Source: Candidatus Parvarchaeum sp. (lineage in GTDB: Archaea > Nanobdellota > Nanobdellia > Pacearchaeales > GW2011-AR1). From it: 64,000 bases of DNA. Location: NCBI GenBank assembly GCA_020724955.1, contig DYFY01000001.1:2046-66045 (forward strand), given 5' to 3'. Positions 9,704 through 19,512 of the stretch are shown one piece after another; position 1 is the stretch's first letter; the number at the start of each line of letters is the position of its first letter. A program made the position numbers and the translations under genes. The notes beneath the pieces are model-generated. The model searched no databases, was not told the DNA's origin, and was given only the letters and a program-made list of their open reading frames with translations.

Positions 9704-9779
9704 AGCGGGGTGGAGTAGCCTGGTTAACTCGCGAGGCCCATAACCTCGAGATCGCGGTGTTCAAATCCCGCCCCCGCTA
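9704..9779 (+). tRNA. tRNA-Met(CAT), initiator-like A1:U72
   Basis: Acceptor AGCGGGG/CCCCGCT. D stem GAGT/ACTC. Anticodon stem CGAGG/CCTCG with loop CCCATAA. T loop TTCAAAT. A1:U72 is characteristic of archaeal initiators. The T stem needs a bulged U, so the fold is slightly irregular. Confidence 0.75.
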
Positions 9780-9797
9780 TATGAAAAAAGGAGTGAG

Positions 9798-10466
9798 ATG
9801 TTGATTTTAGGCATAGACGACGCAGGACGCGGGCCTTTGATAGGGCCTATGGTTTTGGCAGGTGTTCTTGTTACGGCGGAGCAGGAAAAAAAACTGAGGT
9901 CTTTAGGGGTAAAAGACTCAAAGCTTGTTTTACATTCTTCAAGAATAAAAATAGCAAAGGAAATAGAAAAAATATCCAGGAGAGTTTATCTTGTGATTTC
10001 AACTCCGGAAGAAATAGATTTTTCAATAAGTTCTGGAATTAATTTAAACACTCTGGAAGCAAAAAAAACAGCGGAGATAATTAATTTTTTGAATTTAAAA
10101 AAGGAAAAAATAAAAGTCATAGTTGACTGCCCGTCTGTCAATACAGTTGCCTGGAAAAATAAGCTTCTTGAGTTTATATCCCACGCAGAAAATCTGATTG
10201 TTGTTTGCGAACACAAGGCGGATTTCAATCATCCTTCAGTATCGGCGGCGTCTATTCTTGCCAAAGTAAGGAGGGAAGAGGAAATTTCCAGATTAAAGGA
10301 AAAGTTTGGGGATTTCGGTTCAGGATATCCTTCCGACCCTTTGACGAAGAATTTTCTTAAAATGCGCGGAAATGCCCTGAAGAATTCCGGAATATTCAGA
10401 AAAACATGGGCTACCTGGAAAGATGTATTCCCGGATAAAAAACAGAAGAAGCTGTTTGACTTCTGA
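9798..10466 (+). CDS. rnhB: Ribonuclease HII
   Basis: LGIDDAGRGPLIGPMVLAGVLV, the RNase HII active-site motif GIDEAGRGP. 222 aa. Confidence 0.85.
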   Translation: MLILGIDDAGRGPLIGPMVLAGVLVTAEQEKKLRSLGVKDSKLVLHSSRIKIAKEIEKISRRVYLVISTPEEIDFSISSGINLNTLEAKKTAEIINFLNLKKEKIKVIVDCPSVNTVAWKNKLLEFISHAENLIVVCEHKADFNHPSVSAASILAKVRREEEISRLKEKFGDFGSGYPSDPLTKNFLKMRGNALKNSGIFRKTWATWKDVFPDKKQKKLFDF

Positions 10467-10757
10467 AAGTTTTTCTCTAATTTCAGTTGAGACTTATCTG
10501 AGCACAATGACATAGATTTTTTTGGTTTTAACAATTTTTTTATCCTTAAATTTTCCTGTAAAGTAAACTTTCCAATTTAACATAGTAAAAAAAGAGATTT
10601 TCCAATCATTTCTTGAGTTCTATATTAAAATTAAGATAATTATTAATTATGCGAACCTTGCTTTATACAGATTATATAGGGAGCGTTAAGTTATAAACTG
10701 GACTTAACATTTCCAAAACTTATATAAAACCTGTTTCTTTTTTCCAGTTGTTATAAA

Positions 10758-11831
10758 ATGCCGTTGCTTGATGATTTATCTGGGTTTCAATTTTGGAATA
10801 ACACTGGAAGGGATTATTTGGTAGCTTTGGCTGTTTTTGCAGGGTTGTTTGTCTTTTTTAAGATATTTGACAGATATCTGGTTGTTTTGTTCAAGAAAGC
10901 TGCCAGGAAGACGAAGTTTGGGTGGGATGATATTGTTTTTGATTTTTTCAGTGCAATACACTGGCAGTTTTATGCTTATATCTCATTTTATGCAGCTTCT
11001 GTTTATCTTGTGCTTCCAGAACTGCTTGACAGGGCTCTTTATTATCTGCTCATAATTTTCATAGCTTTTTATGCGGCTCAGGGGCTTTCAAGAGTAGTTG
11101 ACCATTTTACCAATAGGCAGATAGAAAAAAGGAAGCAGTCAGATAATTCATCCAACACTTCAATGATAAAAACTTTTGGCACTATTTTTAAAATAGCAAT
11201 CTACAGCGTTGGACTGCTTATGGTTTTAGCCAATTTAGGGATAGAAATAACTCCTCTTATAGCTTCTTTAGGGGTTGGCGGAATCGCAATAGCCATAGCC
11301 TTGCAGTCTGTTTTGTCAGACATGTTTGCAGCCTTTGCTATTTATTTTGACAAGCCTTTCAAGGAAGGGGATTTCATAATTATAGGAAATGATATGGGGA
11401 CTGTGAAGCACATTGGAATTAAAACTACCAGAATCCAGTCTCTTGGAGGGCAGGAGCTTGTAGTTTCAAATACAGAGCTGACAAATTCAAGAATTAATAA
11501 CTACAAGAGAATGCAGGAAAGAAGGATAGCTTTTTCTTTCGGAGTTGAATACAACACACCTTCAAAGAAATTGAAAAAAATAAATTCTATTGTAAAGAGA
11601 GCGGTTGAAACTACTAAAAACACAAGATTTGACAGGTCGCATTTTAAGGAGTTTGGAGATTCGAGCCTGAATTATGAAGTTGTTTATTATGTTAAAAGCG
11701 CGGATTATAATGTTTACATGGATGTTCAACAAGAGATACATTTCAAGATAAAAGAGGCGTTTGAAAAGGAAAAAATTGCATTTGCTTTTCCAACACAGAC
11801 TATCTATGTAGAGGGATTTAAGAAGAAGTAA
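10758..11831 (+). CDS. Mechanosensitive ion channel, MscS family
   Basis: TM helices followed by the MscS beta domain: DKPFKEGDFIIIGNDMGTVKHIGIKTTRIQSLGGQELVVSNTEL. Confidence 0.8.
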   Translation: MPLLDDLSGFQFWNNTGRDYLVALAVFAGLFVFFKIFDRYLVVLFKKAARKTKFGWDDIVFDFFSAIHWQFYAYISFYAASVYLVLPELLDRALYYLLIIFIAFYAAQGLSRVVDHFTNRQIEKRKQSDNSSNTSMIKTFGTIFKIAIYSVGLLMVLANLGIEITPLIASLGVGGIAIAIALQSVLSDMFAAFAIYFDKPFKEGDFIIIGNDMGTVKHIGIKTTRIQSLGGQELVVSNTELTNSRINNYKRMQERRIAFSFGVEYNTPSKKLKKINSIVKRAVETTKNTRFDRSHFKEFGDSSLNYEVVYYVKSADYNVYMDVQQEIHFKIKEAFEKEKIAFAFPTQTIYVEGFKKK

Positions 11832-11894
11832 GATAATTATGTGGGCACGAATTTACTAGATAAATATTTGTGCCCATATACTCGCATAAAATGT

Positions 11895-12893
11895 TTAATC
11901 AATTAAATTAAAATCTCTCAAGTTTTCTTCCAGACTCTTTATGAGAAAAGGAAAAATCAATGAATAATCTCCATTATTTCCTTTCCTAACTGCTTCAAGA
12001 TACTTTTGCCTTTGTTTATTATAAACGTTAATCCAGGGATAACCTTTTTTACCTAGAAGAAAATTCATAACAAGCCTTGATAATCTTCCGTTTCCATCTA
12101 CAAAGGGGTGTATTGTAACAAGCTCCATAGATGTAATAACCGCCAGTTCAAATTGATGATACTTGTTTTTGTTTTTTTTATACCTATACACTAAGTTTTT
12201 CACAAGCTGCGGTACTTTTTCAGCATCCGGGAATTTAACATCGCTCCCAAATATTCTTACATTTGTTTCTCGATATCTGCCTGCAAACCTGTCAGAAATA
12301 TTTTTTAGAATAAGCGAATGCAGACTTAATATAAATGCCTCAGTAAGTTCTCCTTTGTAAGATTTAACAAACTTTATTGCTTCTAGATGGTTTTTCGCTT
12401 CATGTATCTCTCTCAGAGTTTTTCCTTCAGGAGCAAGCCCTTCATTTATCACAAGGTTTGTTTCCTGCAACGAGAGGGAGCTTCCTTCTATCGCATTGCT
12501 GTTATATGTAAGTTCTGTAAAAAAAGCTTTCTCGAATTGCTCATATTCTTCTTTTCTCAAGTTTTTTATTTTTTTATTGTATGTTTTTTTCAGAATCTCT
12601 ACTTTTCTCACTTCTTCCTTTTTCAGGAAAGGATATTTTTTTTCTGATATGATTTCAATTTCAAAATTTTCCTTTAGTTCTTCAATTTTCTTTTTAGTAA
12701 TCTCGCCATAACCAAGAAATTTTGATTTTTTTGTCCACTTCCCGTTTTTCCTCTTATTGCTAATAAGATAATTGGCTTTTTTTCCATCCACATTCCTTAC
12801 TTCATGATAAACCATAATCTTATATATGGGCACATATTTATAAGTCTTTTGTCTGTGCCCATATAGTTGATAGATGGCTTCAGGAAGAAGCAA
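11895..12893 (-). CDS. Fic-family protein (AMPylation/phosphocholination fold) with an N-terminal Lys-rich extension
   Basis: Fic motif HPFVDGNGRLSRL. Upstream SNAIEGS matches the inhibitory SxxxEG helix. Confidence 0.8.
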   Translation of the reverse strand: MLLPEAIYQLYGHRQKTYKYVPIYKIMVYHEVRNVDGKKANYLISNKRKNGKWTKKSKFLGYGEITKKKIEELKENFEIEIISEKKYPFLKKEEVRKVEILKKTYNKKIKNLRKEEYEQFEKAFFTELTYNSNAIEGSSLSLQETNLVINEGLAPEGKTLREIHEAKNHLEAIKFVKSYKGELTEAFILSLHSLILKNISDRFAGRYRETNVRIFGSDVKFPDAEKVPQLVKNLVYRYKKNKNKYHQFELAVITSMELVTIHPFVDGNGRLSRLVMNFLLGKKGYPWINVYNKQRQKYLEAVRKGNNGDYSLIFPFLIKSLEENLRDFNLID

Positions 12894-12900
12894 TCGGTTT

Positions 12901-14424
12901 CTAAAGAATAATTGTGCTTTCTTTGTCAGGTCCTGTTGAGATCATAGCAACTTTTGCCTCTGTATATCCTTCAAAGTCTTCAATCGCTGTGTGAAATTGG
13001 GCTGGCAAGTCAGAGAAACTTTCTGCGCTTCTGATTTCATCCCCAAAACCTTTGTAATGTCTAAGAATCGGAACAGCGTTTCTTTGATCAGATACTCTTC
13101 TGCTAAATCTGTCACTTGCCTTACCTTCTCCGTAATTGTGTCCAAAACAAACTTCGAAGCTATTCACACCTACAACAGAATCTGGTTTTGTTAAAACTAC
13201 TTTTAGAGGCGCATTGATACCAATTGCATATCTTGCTGCAACAGCATCTGTCCAGCCAATTCTTCTTGGTCTTTGCGTTGTTGCCCCGTATTCATCGGCA
13301 GCTAAACGTATTCCGACTCCTTGTATAAATTCATTATCACTATTCATCAATTCAGCAATCTTGTCCATGTTGTTTCTTACATATAAGCGAGCTTGTTTTG
13401 TCAGTTTTGTGATCTCACTGATGTCTCCTCTTTCTCTCAATTGTTTTATTTCATTTAAATCGAAATTTCCGCTTAGGTAAGTATTTACTTCATAAAATAC
13501 GTCGTGGTCAACTCCTGCTGCGCAATACTCTTCTGATTCTTTTCCTCCAAGCTCTGTTACAAAAGGACCTCCTCCAACTCTAGTCATAAAAGGAAACTTG
13601 ACAATTCCTAAAACCAAATCAACAGCTTTGGCAGATAATCCAACTCCTCCTGCAGTTCCATTTATAGAGCTGTCAGAAGATGTAACGTAGGGTTTCACAC
13701 CATGCTCGATGCTCAGAAGAGTCCCTTGCGCCCCTTCCAATACTATTCTCTTTTTTTGCCTAATAAAATCGTGCATCAATGCCACAGTATCTGTCACAAA
13801 AGGTTCTAATTTTTGAGCGCAAGGATTTAATTCATCAATAATTTCATCAGTATTGATCTTTTGGCCTGGATATATCTCTCTCATTTTTTTGATTTTTGCG
13901 GCAAGAGTATCTCTATCAAATAGATCTCTGATGTCAATTCCTATTCTTGCTGTCTTGTCTGCATAAGCAGGTCCTATGCCTCTTCCTGTTGAGCCAATTC
14001 CTCCATCTCTCAGAGATTTATTTTTTTGTCTATCTGATTCAATATGCCATGGCATAATCACTCCAGCATCTTCGCTGATTCTTAGATTATTGTAGGTTCC
14101 TCCTACAGCCTCTAAATTGTCAAGCTCATGGCAAAGGGCAAAAGGATCAATTACCATTCCGCTCCCCAATACATTGGTTTTTCCTGCAGAGTCATATGTT
14201 ATTCCAGCAGGAAGCAAATGATAAATTCTTTCCTGTTCGTTAACGATTACTGTATGTCCGGCATTATTTCCTCCTGTGCCTCTTGCAATAACATCTGCCC
14301 ATTGAGAGGCAAGAAGATCTACAATTTTGCCCTTGCCTGTATCTCCATACTGCATACATACTACCGCCGCTATTTGCACTCCATCAACAAGTTTCTCCAA
14401 TCCACTTTTAACCATGTTTTTCAA
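12901..14424 (-). CDS. purA: Adenylosuccinate synthetase
   Basis: MQYGDTGKGKIVDLL (the QWGDEGKGK P-loop) and GGNNAGHTVIV. Long, eukaryote-like form at 507 aa. Confidence 0.85.
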   Translation of the reverse strand: MKNMVKSGLEKLVDGVQIAAVVCMQYGDTGKGKIVDLLASQWADVIARGTGGNNAGHTVIVNEQERIYHLLPAGITYDSAGKTNVLGSGMVIDPFALCHELDNLEAVGGTYNNLRISEDAGVIMPWHIESDRQKNKSLRDGGIGSTGRGIGPAYADKTARIGIDIRDLFDRDTLAAKIKKMREIYPGQKINTDEIIDELNPCAQKLEPFVTDTVALMHDFIRQKKRIVLEGAQGTLLSIEHGVKPYVTSSDSSINGTAGGVGLSAKAVDLVLGIVKFPFMTRVGGGPFVTELGGKESEEYCAAGVDHDVFYEVNTYLSGNFDLNEIKQLRERGDISEITKLTKQARLYVRNNMDKIAELMNSDNEFIQGVGIRLAADEYGATTQRPRRIGWTDAVAARYAIGINAPLKVVLTKPDSVVGVNSFEVCFGHNYGEGKASDRFSRRVSDQRNAVPILRHYKGFGDEIRSAESFSDLPAQFHTAIEDFEGYTEAKVAMISTGPDKESTIIL

Positions 14425-15886
14425 ATCTAATTTCTTTATTTCTAACTCCGTTCTGCAATTTTTTTATATCTCTACAATTCATGCTTGCAAAAGAATGTCT
14501 AAGAGCATCAATCATAGAAGGGAAACTATCGTGTATACTTCCTCTAAAAGGAATTATCGTGACAATTCCTTCTTCATGTCTTCCATAACCTCTAATTCTT
14601 TCATCTCCTCCAACATTAGCTTTTTTTGAACCCATGCCCCAATATTGTTTTACAGGAACGCCTCTTTCGTCATAAACAACCTCTCCAGGACATTCTTTGT
14701 GGCCTGCTAGCATTCCTCCTAACATAACAGCTCCAGCCCCTAGGCCAAGTGCTTTAAAGATATCTCCAGTTTCTTTTAAGCCTCCATCAGCTATGGCTAC
14801 TATTCCGCTTCCAATATCTTCTCTGTCAGCTTTTGCACATTCATATACAGCAGTTGCGTTTGCCCTTCCTATTCCAATGACTTTTGCGGTAGTGCAGATT
14901 GACCCGGAGCCCTGTCCGCATCTATAGGCGTCTACAAATCCCCTTTGAGCTAACGCTCTTGCAGCTTCAGCGGTCGAAATATTACCTCCAATTAGCAATT
15001 TGTCTGGATAATTTTTAGCTATATGCTCTAACATATCTATTGCAAGTTTAGTATAACCTTGCGAAGTATCAACAACTACTCCGTCAGCTCCAGCTTTAAA
15101 TCCTTCTTTAACTCTCTCGTAGGATTCCGGCCAGGTGCTAACTGCAAACAAAACTCTTAATCTTCCATTTTCGTCAATAGTAGAATCGGGAAAGTCAAAT
15201 CTTTTTTCTATGTCTCTTCTTGTTACAAGGTAAGCAAGGTTACCTTTTTCATCAACTATCGGCAGAGATTTTATTCTTTTTTCCCATAAAATTTCTTTTG
15301 CTTGTTCTAGAGTTATCCCGCTTTTGCCTGTAATTAATTTTTCCATATCAAGCATTCTGTCCCTAACAAGACAGTCCAGGCGTTCACCTGGAAAATAATC
15401 GTCTTCTCTCAGTAGTCCAACAAGTGTTCCATTACTCTTTCCGTTTTGTGTTACTGGGAATGTGTTGATAAGATTACCTCCTACTTTGTTGGCTTCTGCT
15501 ATTTCCAAAACGCGTGAAATTGTCATTTCTGGAGCAACTACTATTGGATTTTCTATGAAGCCAGCTTGGTATCTTTTCACTCTGCTTATATCTTCAACTT
15601 GTTTGGGTATGCTTGGTCTTCCTTCTGCGTCTTTATGGTTATAGTGAATGACTGCAATGCCTCCAAGTTGGGCCATTGCTATTGCCATTTCAGGACTTAC
15701 AACAGAATCCATTGGAGAAGCCATTATAGGGACAGCTAATTCAATTCCTTTTCCTAAACTCGTTCTTAAAGAAACATCTTGTTTAGTTATCGTAGAAAAT
15801 TGAGTACCAAGAAGATCAAAGCCATCGTAGGTGATTCCAATTCCTCTTACAAACAATTCTTCAGCGCTAAGTCCAGAGCGAACCAT
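14408..15886 (-). CDS. guaB: IMP dehydrogenase with CBS pair
   Basis: Catalytic loop GQGSGSICTT and internal CBS domains. The start is placed at the internal Met (MVRSG...) to leave room for a divergent promoter. The longest ORF starts at 15967, only 9 bp from the divergent SMC start. Confidence 0.8.
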   Translation of the reverse strand: MVRSGLSAEELFVRGIGITYDGFDLLGTQFSTITKQDVSLRTSLGKGIELAVPIMASPMDSVVSPEMAIAMAQLGGIAVIHYNHKDAEGRPSIPKQVEDISRVKRYQAGFIENPIVVAPEMTISRVLEIAEANKVGGNLINTFPVTQNGKSNGTLVGLLREDDYFPGERLDCLVRDRMLDMEKLITGKSGITLEQAKEILWEKRIKSLPIVDEKGNLAYLVTRRDIEKRFDFPDSTIDENGRLRVLFAVSTWPESYERVKEGFKAGADGVVVDTSQGYTKLAIDMLEHIAKNYPDKLLIGGNISTAEAARALAQRGFVDAYRCGQGSGSICTTAKVIGIGRANATAVYECAKADREDIGSGIVAIADGGLKETGDIFKALGLGAGAVMLGGMLAGHKECPGEVVYDERGVPVKQYWGMGSKKANVGGDERIRGYGRHEEGIVTIIPFRGSIHDSFPSMIDALRHSFASMNCRDIKKLQNGVRNKEIRFEKHG

Positions 15887-15976
15887 CAACAGTTTTGGAA
15901 ATCTTTGCTTAAAAATATTGTTGGGCTGAAAATTAGTATAATAAACTTTTATATATCCTTTTCTCAATATCTTTGA

Positions 15977-18952
15977 ATGACTTATATCAAGAAGCTGATT
16001 ATGCAGGGATTCAAGTCTTTTGCCCCCAAAACGGAGATTAACTTTGATAAAGGCATTAATGTCATAGTAGGTCCAAATGGTTCGGGAAAGTCCAACATAT
16101 CGGATGCTTTATGTTTTGTTCTGGGGCGTCTTTCTATAAAATCCATGCGTGCGGCAAAATCAAAGAATCTTCTTTTTATGGGTACAAAGATTCACAAGCC
16201 TGCCAGAGAAGCTTCTGTTGAGATTGTATTTGACAACTCTCAAGGAACTTTTAATCTTCCTGTGAACGAGGTTTCGCTGAAGCGCACTGTAAAGCACAAC
16301 GGGCAGGGAGTCTATAAGATAAATAATGAGGTTAAAACCCGCTCTGATGTGATAGAAACACTTGCCCAAGCCGGAATTGATCCACATGGATTCAATCTTG
16401 TGTTACAAGGGCAGATTCAGGCGATAGTAAAAATGCATCCTGAGGAAAGAAGAAAAATAGTTGAAGAAGTTGCTGGAATTTCAATTTATGAATCAAGAAA
16501 GGAAAAATCTCTGAAGGAACTTGAAAAAACGGAATTGCGGCTGAAAGAAATTTCAACTATCCTGAGGGAGAGGCGTTCGTTTTTAAGCAATCTGGAAAAG
16601 GAGCGTTCACAGGCTTTGAAATACAAAGAATTGGAAACTACGATAAAACGTTGCAAGGCTTCAATTCTTCATAAAAAAATAAATGACAAAGAGCGTGAGC
16701 TGAGTTCTGTTCAGAAGTCCATTTCTGAAAAGCTTGAGAAAAAAGAGAAGATAAAAAGCAGGATTCTTGAGTTGCAGAACAAAATAGACTCTTTTAATGA
16801 AAGTATTGCTAAAATAAACAAACATATACAGCGTTCAACAGGAGTGGAGCAGGAATCGTTGAGAAATCAGGTTTCAAATTTAAGGGCAGAGATAGAGGGG
16901 CTTAAAGTCAGAAGAGAAAATTATGAGAACAGAAGTGCGGAAATTCAGAGGAGAATTGCGGAAATGGAGAAGTCATTGCCTGGTTATGAAACCGAGATAA
17001 AGAGCCTGAGAAGGGAGACTCCCATTATCGCCCAAAAACAGGAAGAGCTCAGGAAGAAGAAAAAAGAATTGCAGGAGCTTGAAGAGGAAAAAAGAAAAAT
17101 TTATTCTTTGAAGACGGAGCTTTCTTCGGTGAAAGAGAGGATAAAAGACAAGGAAGCTGAAATTCAGAGGATAGGCAGGCAGTCTGATTTAGTTTTGAAA
17201 GAAATAGAGTCTTTGTCTTCTGAACTTGAACACGAGACTCTGGAAATGTGTTATAATGAGCTTGAGAAGCTCAAAAAAATCCTTAAGGAAAACAGGCAGA
17301 AGAGTGATGAAATGTCAAAAAAGGAAATTGAAGCCAATAAGCTGATTTCTTCGGCTCAGACTACAATTTCACACTCTGAAGAAATAAAATCAAAAATAAC
17401 TAAGCTGGATGTTTGTCCTTTGTGCCAGAACAAAATGACTGAACAGCATGTGTTTCATGTAACAAAAGAGTCTGATTCAAAAATATTTGCCGCTAAAAAA
17501 TCCATGAATGAGGCTGAGAAATCACTTGCGGAATTGGCGGAGAGCAGAAAGAGATTATTATCTGAGATTTCTTCATTGCAGCAGAAAATTTCGGCTTTAG
17601 AAAACCAGCATTCAAGCCATCAATTGATTGAACATAAAAAGTCTTATATGAAGAACCTTGTTGAGCATGAAAATTCTTTGAGAATGGAATTGTCTTCTCT
17701 TATTTCCAAAAGGGATTTTCTGCAGGCTCAGACTCTTGACACTTCCAGAATCGATGAAAAATATGCCGGCAAGATAATGGAAATAGAGGAGATCTCGGCC
17801 AGGACGTCGGAAGATCTGGACAAAACTTTAATGTATAAAGAGCGCGAGCTTGAGAAAATAAGGGAGGTTATCAAGTTGTCCAAGCGCGATTTGAATGAAA
17901 TGGAGCAGGAGATTTTTGATATACAAACGGATATTGAGGCTAAATCCTCTCTTTTGGAGCTGAAGGAGGCAGAGGACAAGGAGTTGTCGGAAAGGTTCAG
18001 GAAGCTTTTTGCTGAGAGGGATTCAGCCCAAGAGAAAATCCAGCAGTCAAGCCTTTCTCTTTCAGAGGCGCAGACCGAGCTTTATCAGATTGAAGACCAA
18101 ATAAATTACCTTAAGGTTGGAAACGCGAAACTAGGGGCTGAAAAGGAAGCTCTTGAAATGGAGATAAAAGAGTATTCAGGCGCTGAGATTATAAAGGGCT
18201 CGCTTGAGTTTTTACAAGAGAGGCTTAAAAAGTCGCAGGAGGCGATTCAAATAATAGGCTCAATCAATATGAGAGCGTTGGAAGTGTACGATGAAGTGAA
18301 ACAAGAGTATGACAAAGTTCAGGAAAAGGTGGAGACTCTTGAGAAGGAGAAGCTTCAGATAATGGGAATCATAGAGGAGATAGACAAAAAAAAGAAGCGC
18401 ACCTTTATGAAAACCTACAAAGGAATTAATGAACTTTTTAGCTCGAATTTTTCAAGGCTCTCATCTAAAGGAAGGGCTTTTCTCGAGATAGAGGATAATG
18501 AAAATATTTTTGAAGGAGGAGTAAATATAGTGGTTAAGCTGGCGAAAGGAAAGTATTTTGATGTGACTTCTCTTTCCGGAGGAGAGCAGACCCTCATAGC
18601 TATTTCTCTTCTTTTTGCGATTCAGGAATACAGACCTTATCATTTTTATATACTTGATGAGATAGATGCTGCGTTGGACAAGAGAAACTCGGAACGCCTT
18701 TCAGCTTTGCTCAGAAAATACATGACAAAGGGCCAGTATATTGTCATCACACATAACGACGCTTTGATAATGGATTCAAATATCCTTTATGGAGTTTCAA
18801 TGCATGACGGAATTTCCAAGGTTTTTGGCCTAAAGCTTGATGAAGAAGTGGCTGAGGCTCAGGGCACTCATGGCGCTCAAAGCCAGAGCAATTCTCTTCC
18901 TGAACAGACGCACGATTTGCATGACCAGACCGGAGAGAATAATCAGGTATAG
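15977..18952 (+). CDS. SMC-family ATPase with a Rad50-like CxxC zinc hook in place of a hinge
   Basis: N-terminal MTYIKKLIMQGFKSF...VIVGPNGSGKSNISDALCFVLG is the SMC head Walker A. C-terminal LSGGEQTLIAISLLFAIQEYRPYHFYILDEIDAALD is the SMC signature plus D-loop. The middle is continuous heptad-like sequence interrupted only by LDVCPLCQNKM, a CxxC. No ~150-aa hinge is present; the protein is 991 aa. Confidence 0.8.
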   Translation: MTYIKKLIMQGFKSFAPKTEINFDKGINVIVGPNGSGKSNISDALCFVLGRLSIKSMRAAKSKNLLFMGTKIHKPAREASVEIVFDNSQGTFNLPVNEVSLKRTVKHNGQGVYKINNEVKTRSDVIETLAQAGIDPHGFNLVLQGQIQAIVKMHPEERRKIVEEVAGISIYESRKEKSLKELEKTELRLKEISTILRERRSFLSNLEKERSQALKYKELETTIKRCKASILHKKINDKERELSSVQKSISEKLEKKEKIKSRILELQNKIDSFNESIAKINKHIQRSTGVEQESLRNQVSNLRAEIEGLKVRRENYENRSAEIQRRIAEMEKSLPGYETEIKSLRRETPIIAQKQEELRKKKKELQELEEEKRKIYSLKTELSSVKERIKDKEAEIQRIGRQSDLVLKEIESLSSELEHETLEMCYNELEKLKKILKENRQKSDEMSKKEIEANKLISSAQTTISHSEEIKSKITKLDVCPLCQNKMTEQHVFHVTKESDSKIFAAKKSMNEAEKSLAELAESRKRLLSEISSLQQKISALENQHSSHQLIEHKKSYMKNLVEHENSLRMELSSLISKRDFLQAQTLDTSRIDEKYAGKIMEIEEISARTSEDLDKTLMYKERELEKIREVIKLSKRDLNEMEQEIFDIQTDIEAKSSLLELKEAEDKELSERFRKLFAERDSAQEKIQQSSLSLSEAQTELYQIEDQINYLKVGNAKLGAEKEALEMEIKEYSGAEIIKGSLEFLQERLKKSQEAIQIIGSINMRALEVYDEVKQEYDKVQEKVETLEKEKLQIMGIIEEIDKKKKRTFMKTYKGINELFSSNFSRLSSKGRAFLEIEDNENIFEGGVNIVVKLAKGKYFDVTSLSGGEQTLIAISLLFAIQEYRPYHFYILDEIDAALDKRNSERLSALLRKYMTKGQYIVITHNDALIMDSNILYGVSMHDGISKVFGLKLDEEVAEAQGTHGAQSQSNSLPEQTHDLHDQTGENNQV

Positions 18953-19123
18953 TTTATCAGTTATGTTTTTGGCACAATGTTTATTTTGGCGCTCACACTA
19001 CTCATCATTATCTTCTTCGGATCAGGGAAATTTAAGAGTTTTTTTCCACTTAATAGTGCGCGTGCTTATACAATTAGTAACCTTTTAAAATGGGATTACA
19101 CTTGATAATAATAAGGGTAAAAA

Positions 19124-19381
19124 ATGGTGTGGCAGGATGTTGTTATTGCAATAGCAAATGTTCTTTTTGGATATTCTTTAGCTTTTCAAGTATATCATGG
19201 ATTTAAAGAGAAAAAGGGGTTTTTAACAATACAGGCATCTGCTCCAACAACATTAGGTTTGTATGCGTTGTCTTTTGCGTTTTTTACTCTTAATTTATAT
19301 TTATCTACATTAGTCTCATTTTTTAATGGGACAATGTGGCTTTTGCTGTTAATTCAAAGGTTAATCTACAAAAAAGCTTAG
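19124..19381 (+). CDS. Small membrane protein
   Basis: 85 aa with two to three TM helices. Confidence 0.3.
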   Translation: MVWQDVVIAIANVLFGYSLAFQVYHGFKEKKGFLTIQASAPTTLGLYALSFAFFTLNLYLSTLVSFFNGTMWLLLLIQRLIYKKA

Positions 19382-19512
19382 TTGCACACTATTATTCATT
19401 GTCTAAATTCCTATGCCTTCCACAAGTTGAATAAGAATTTTTCAGACAGAAATGCCAGTGAGATTCGGGGAACAACCAAAAATAAATAAAAAAATAAAAT
19501 TAAAAATTAAAT

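Noticed and set aside
14128-14927. Plus-strand ORFs 14128-14430, 14327-14629 and 14697-14927
   Set aside because: They are antisense to purA and guaB. The minus-strand frames contain the diagnostic purA and guaB motifs.
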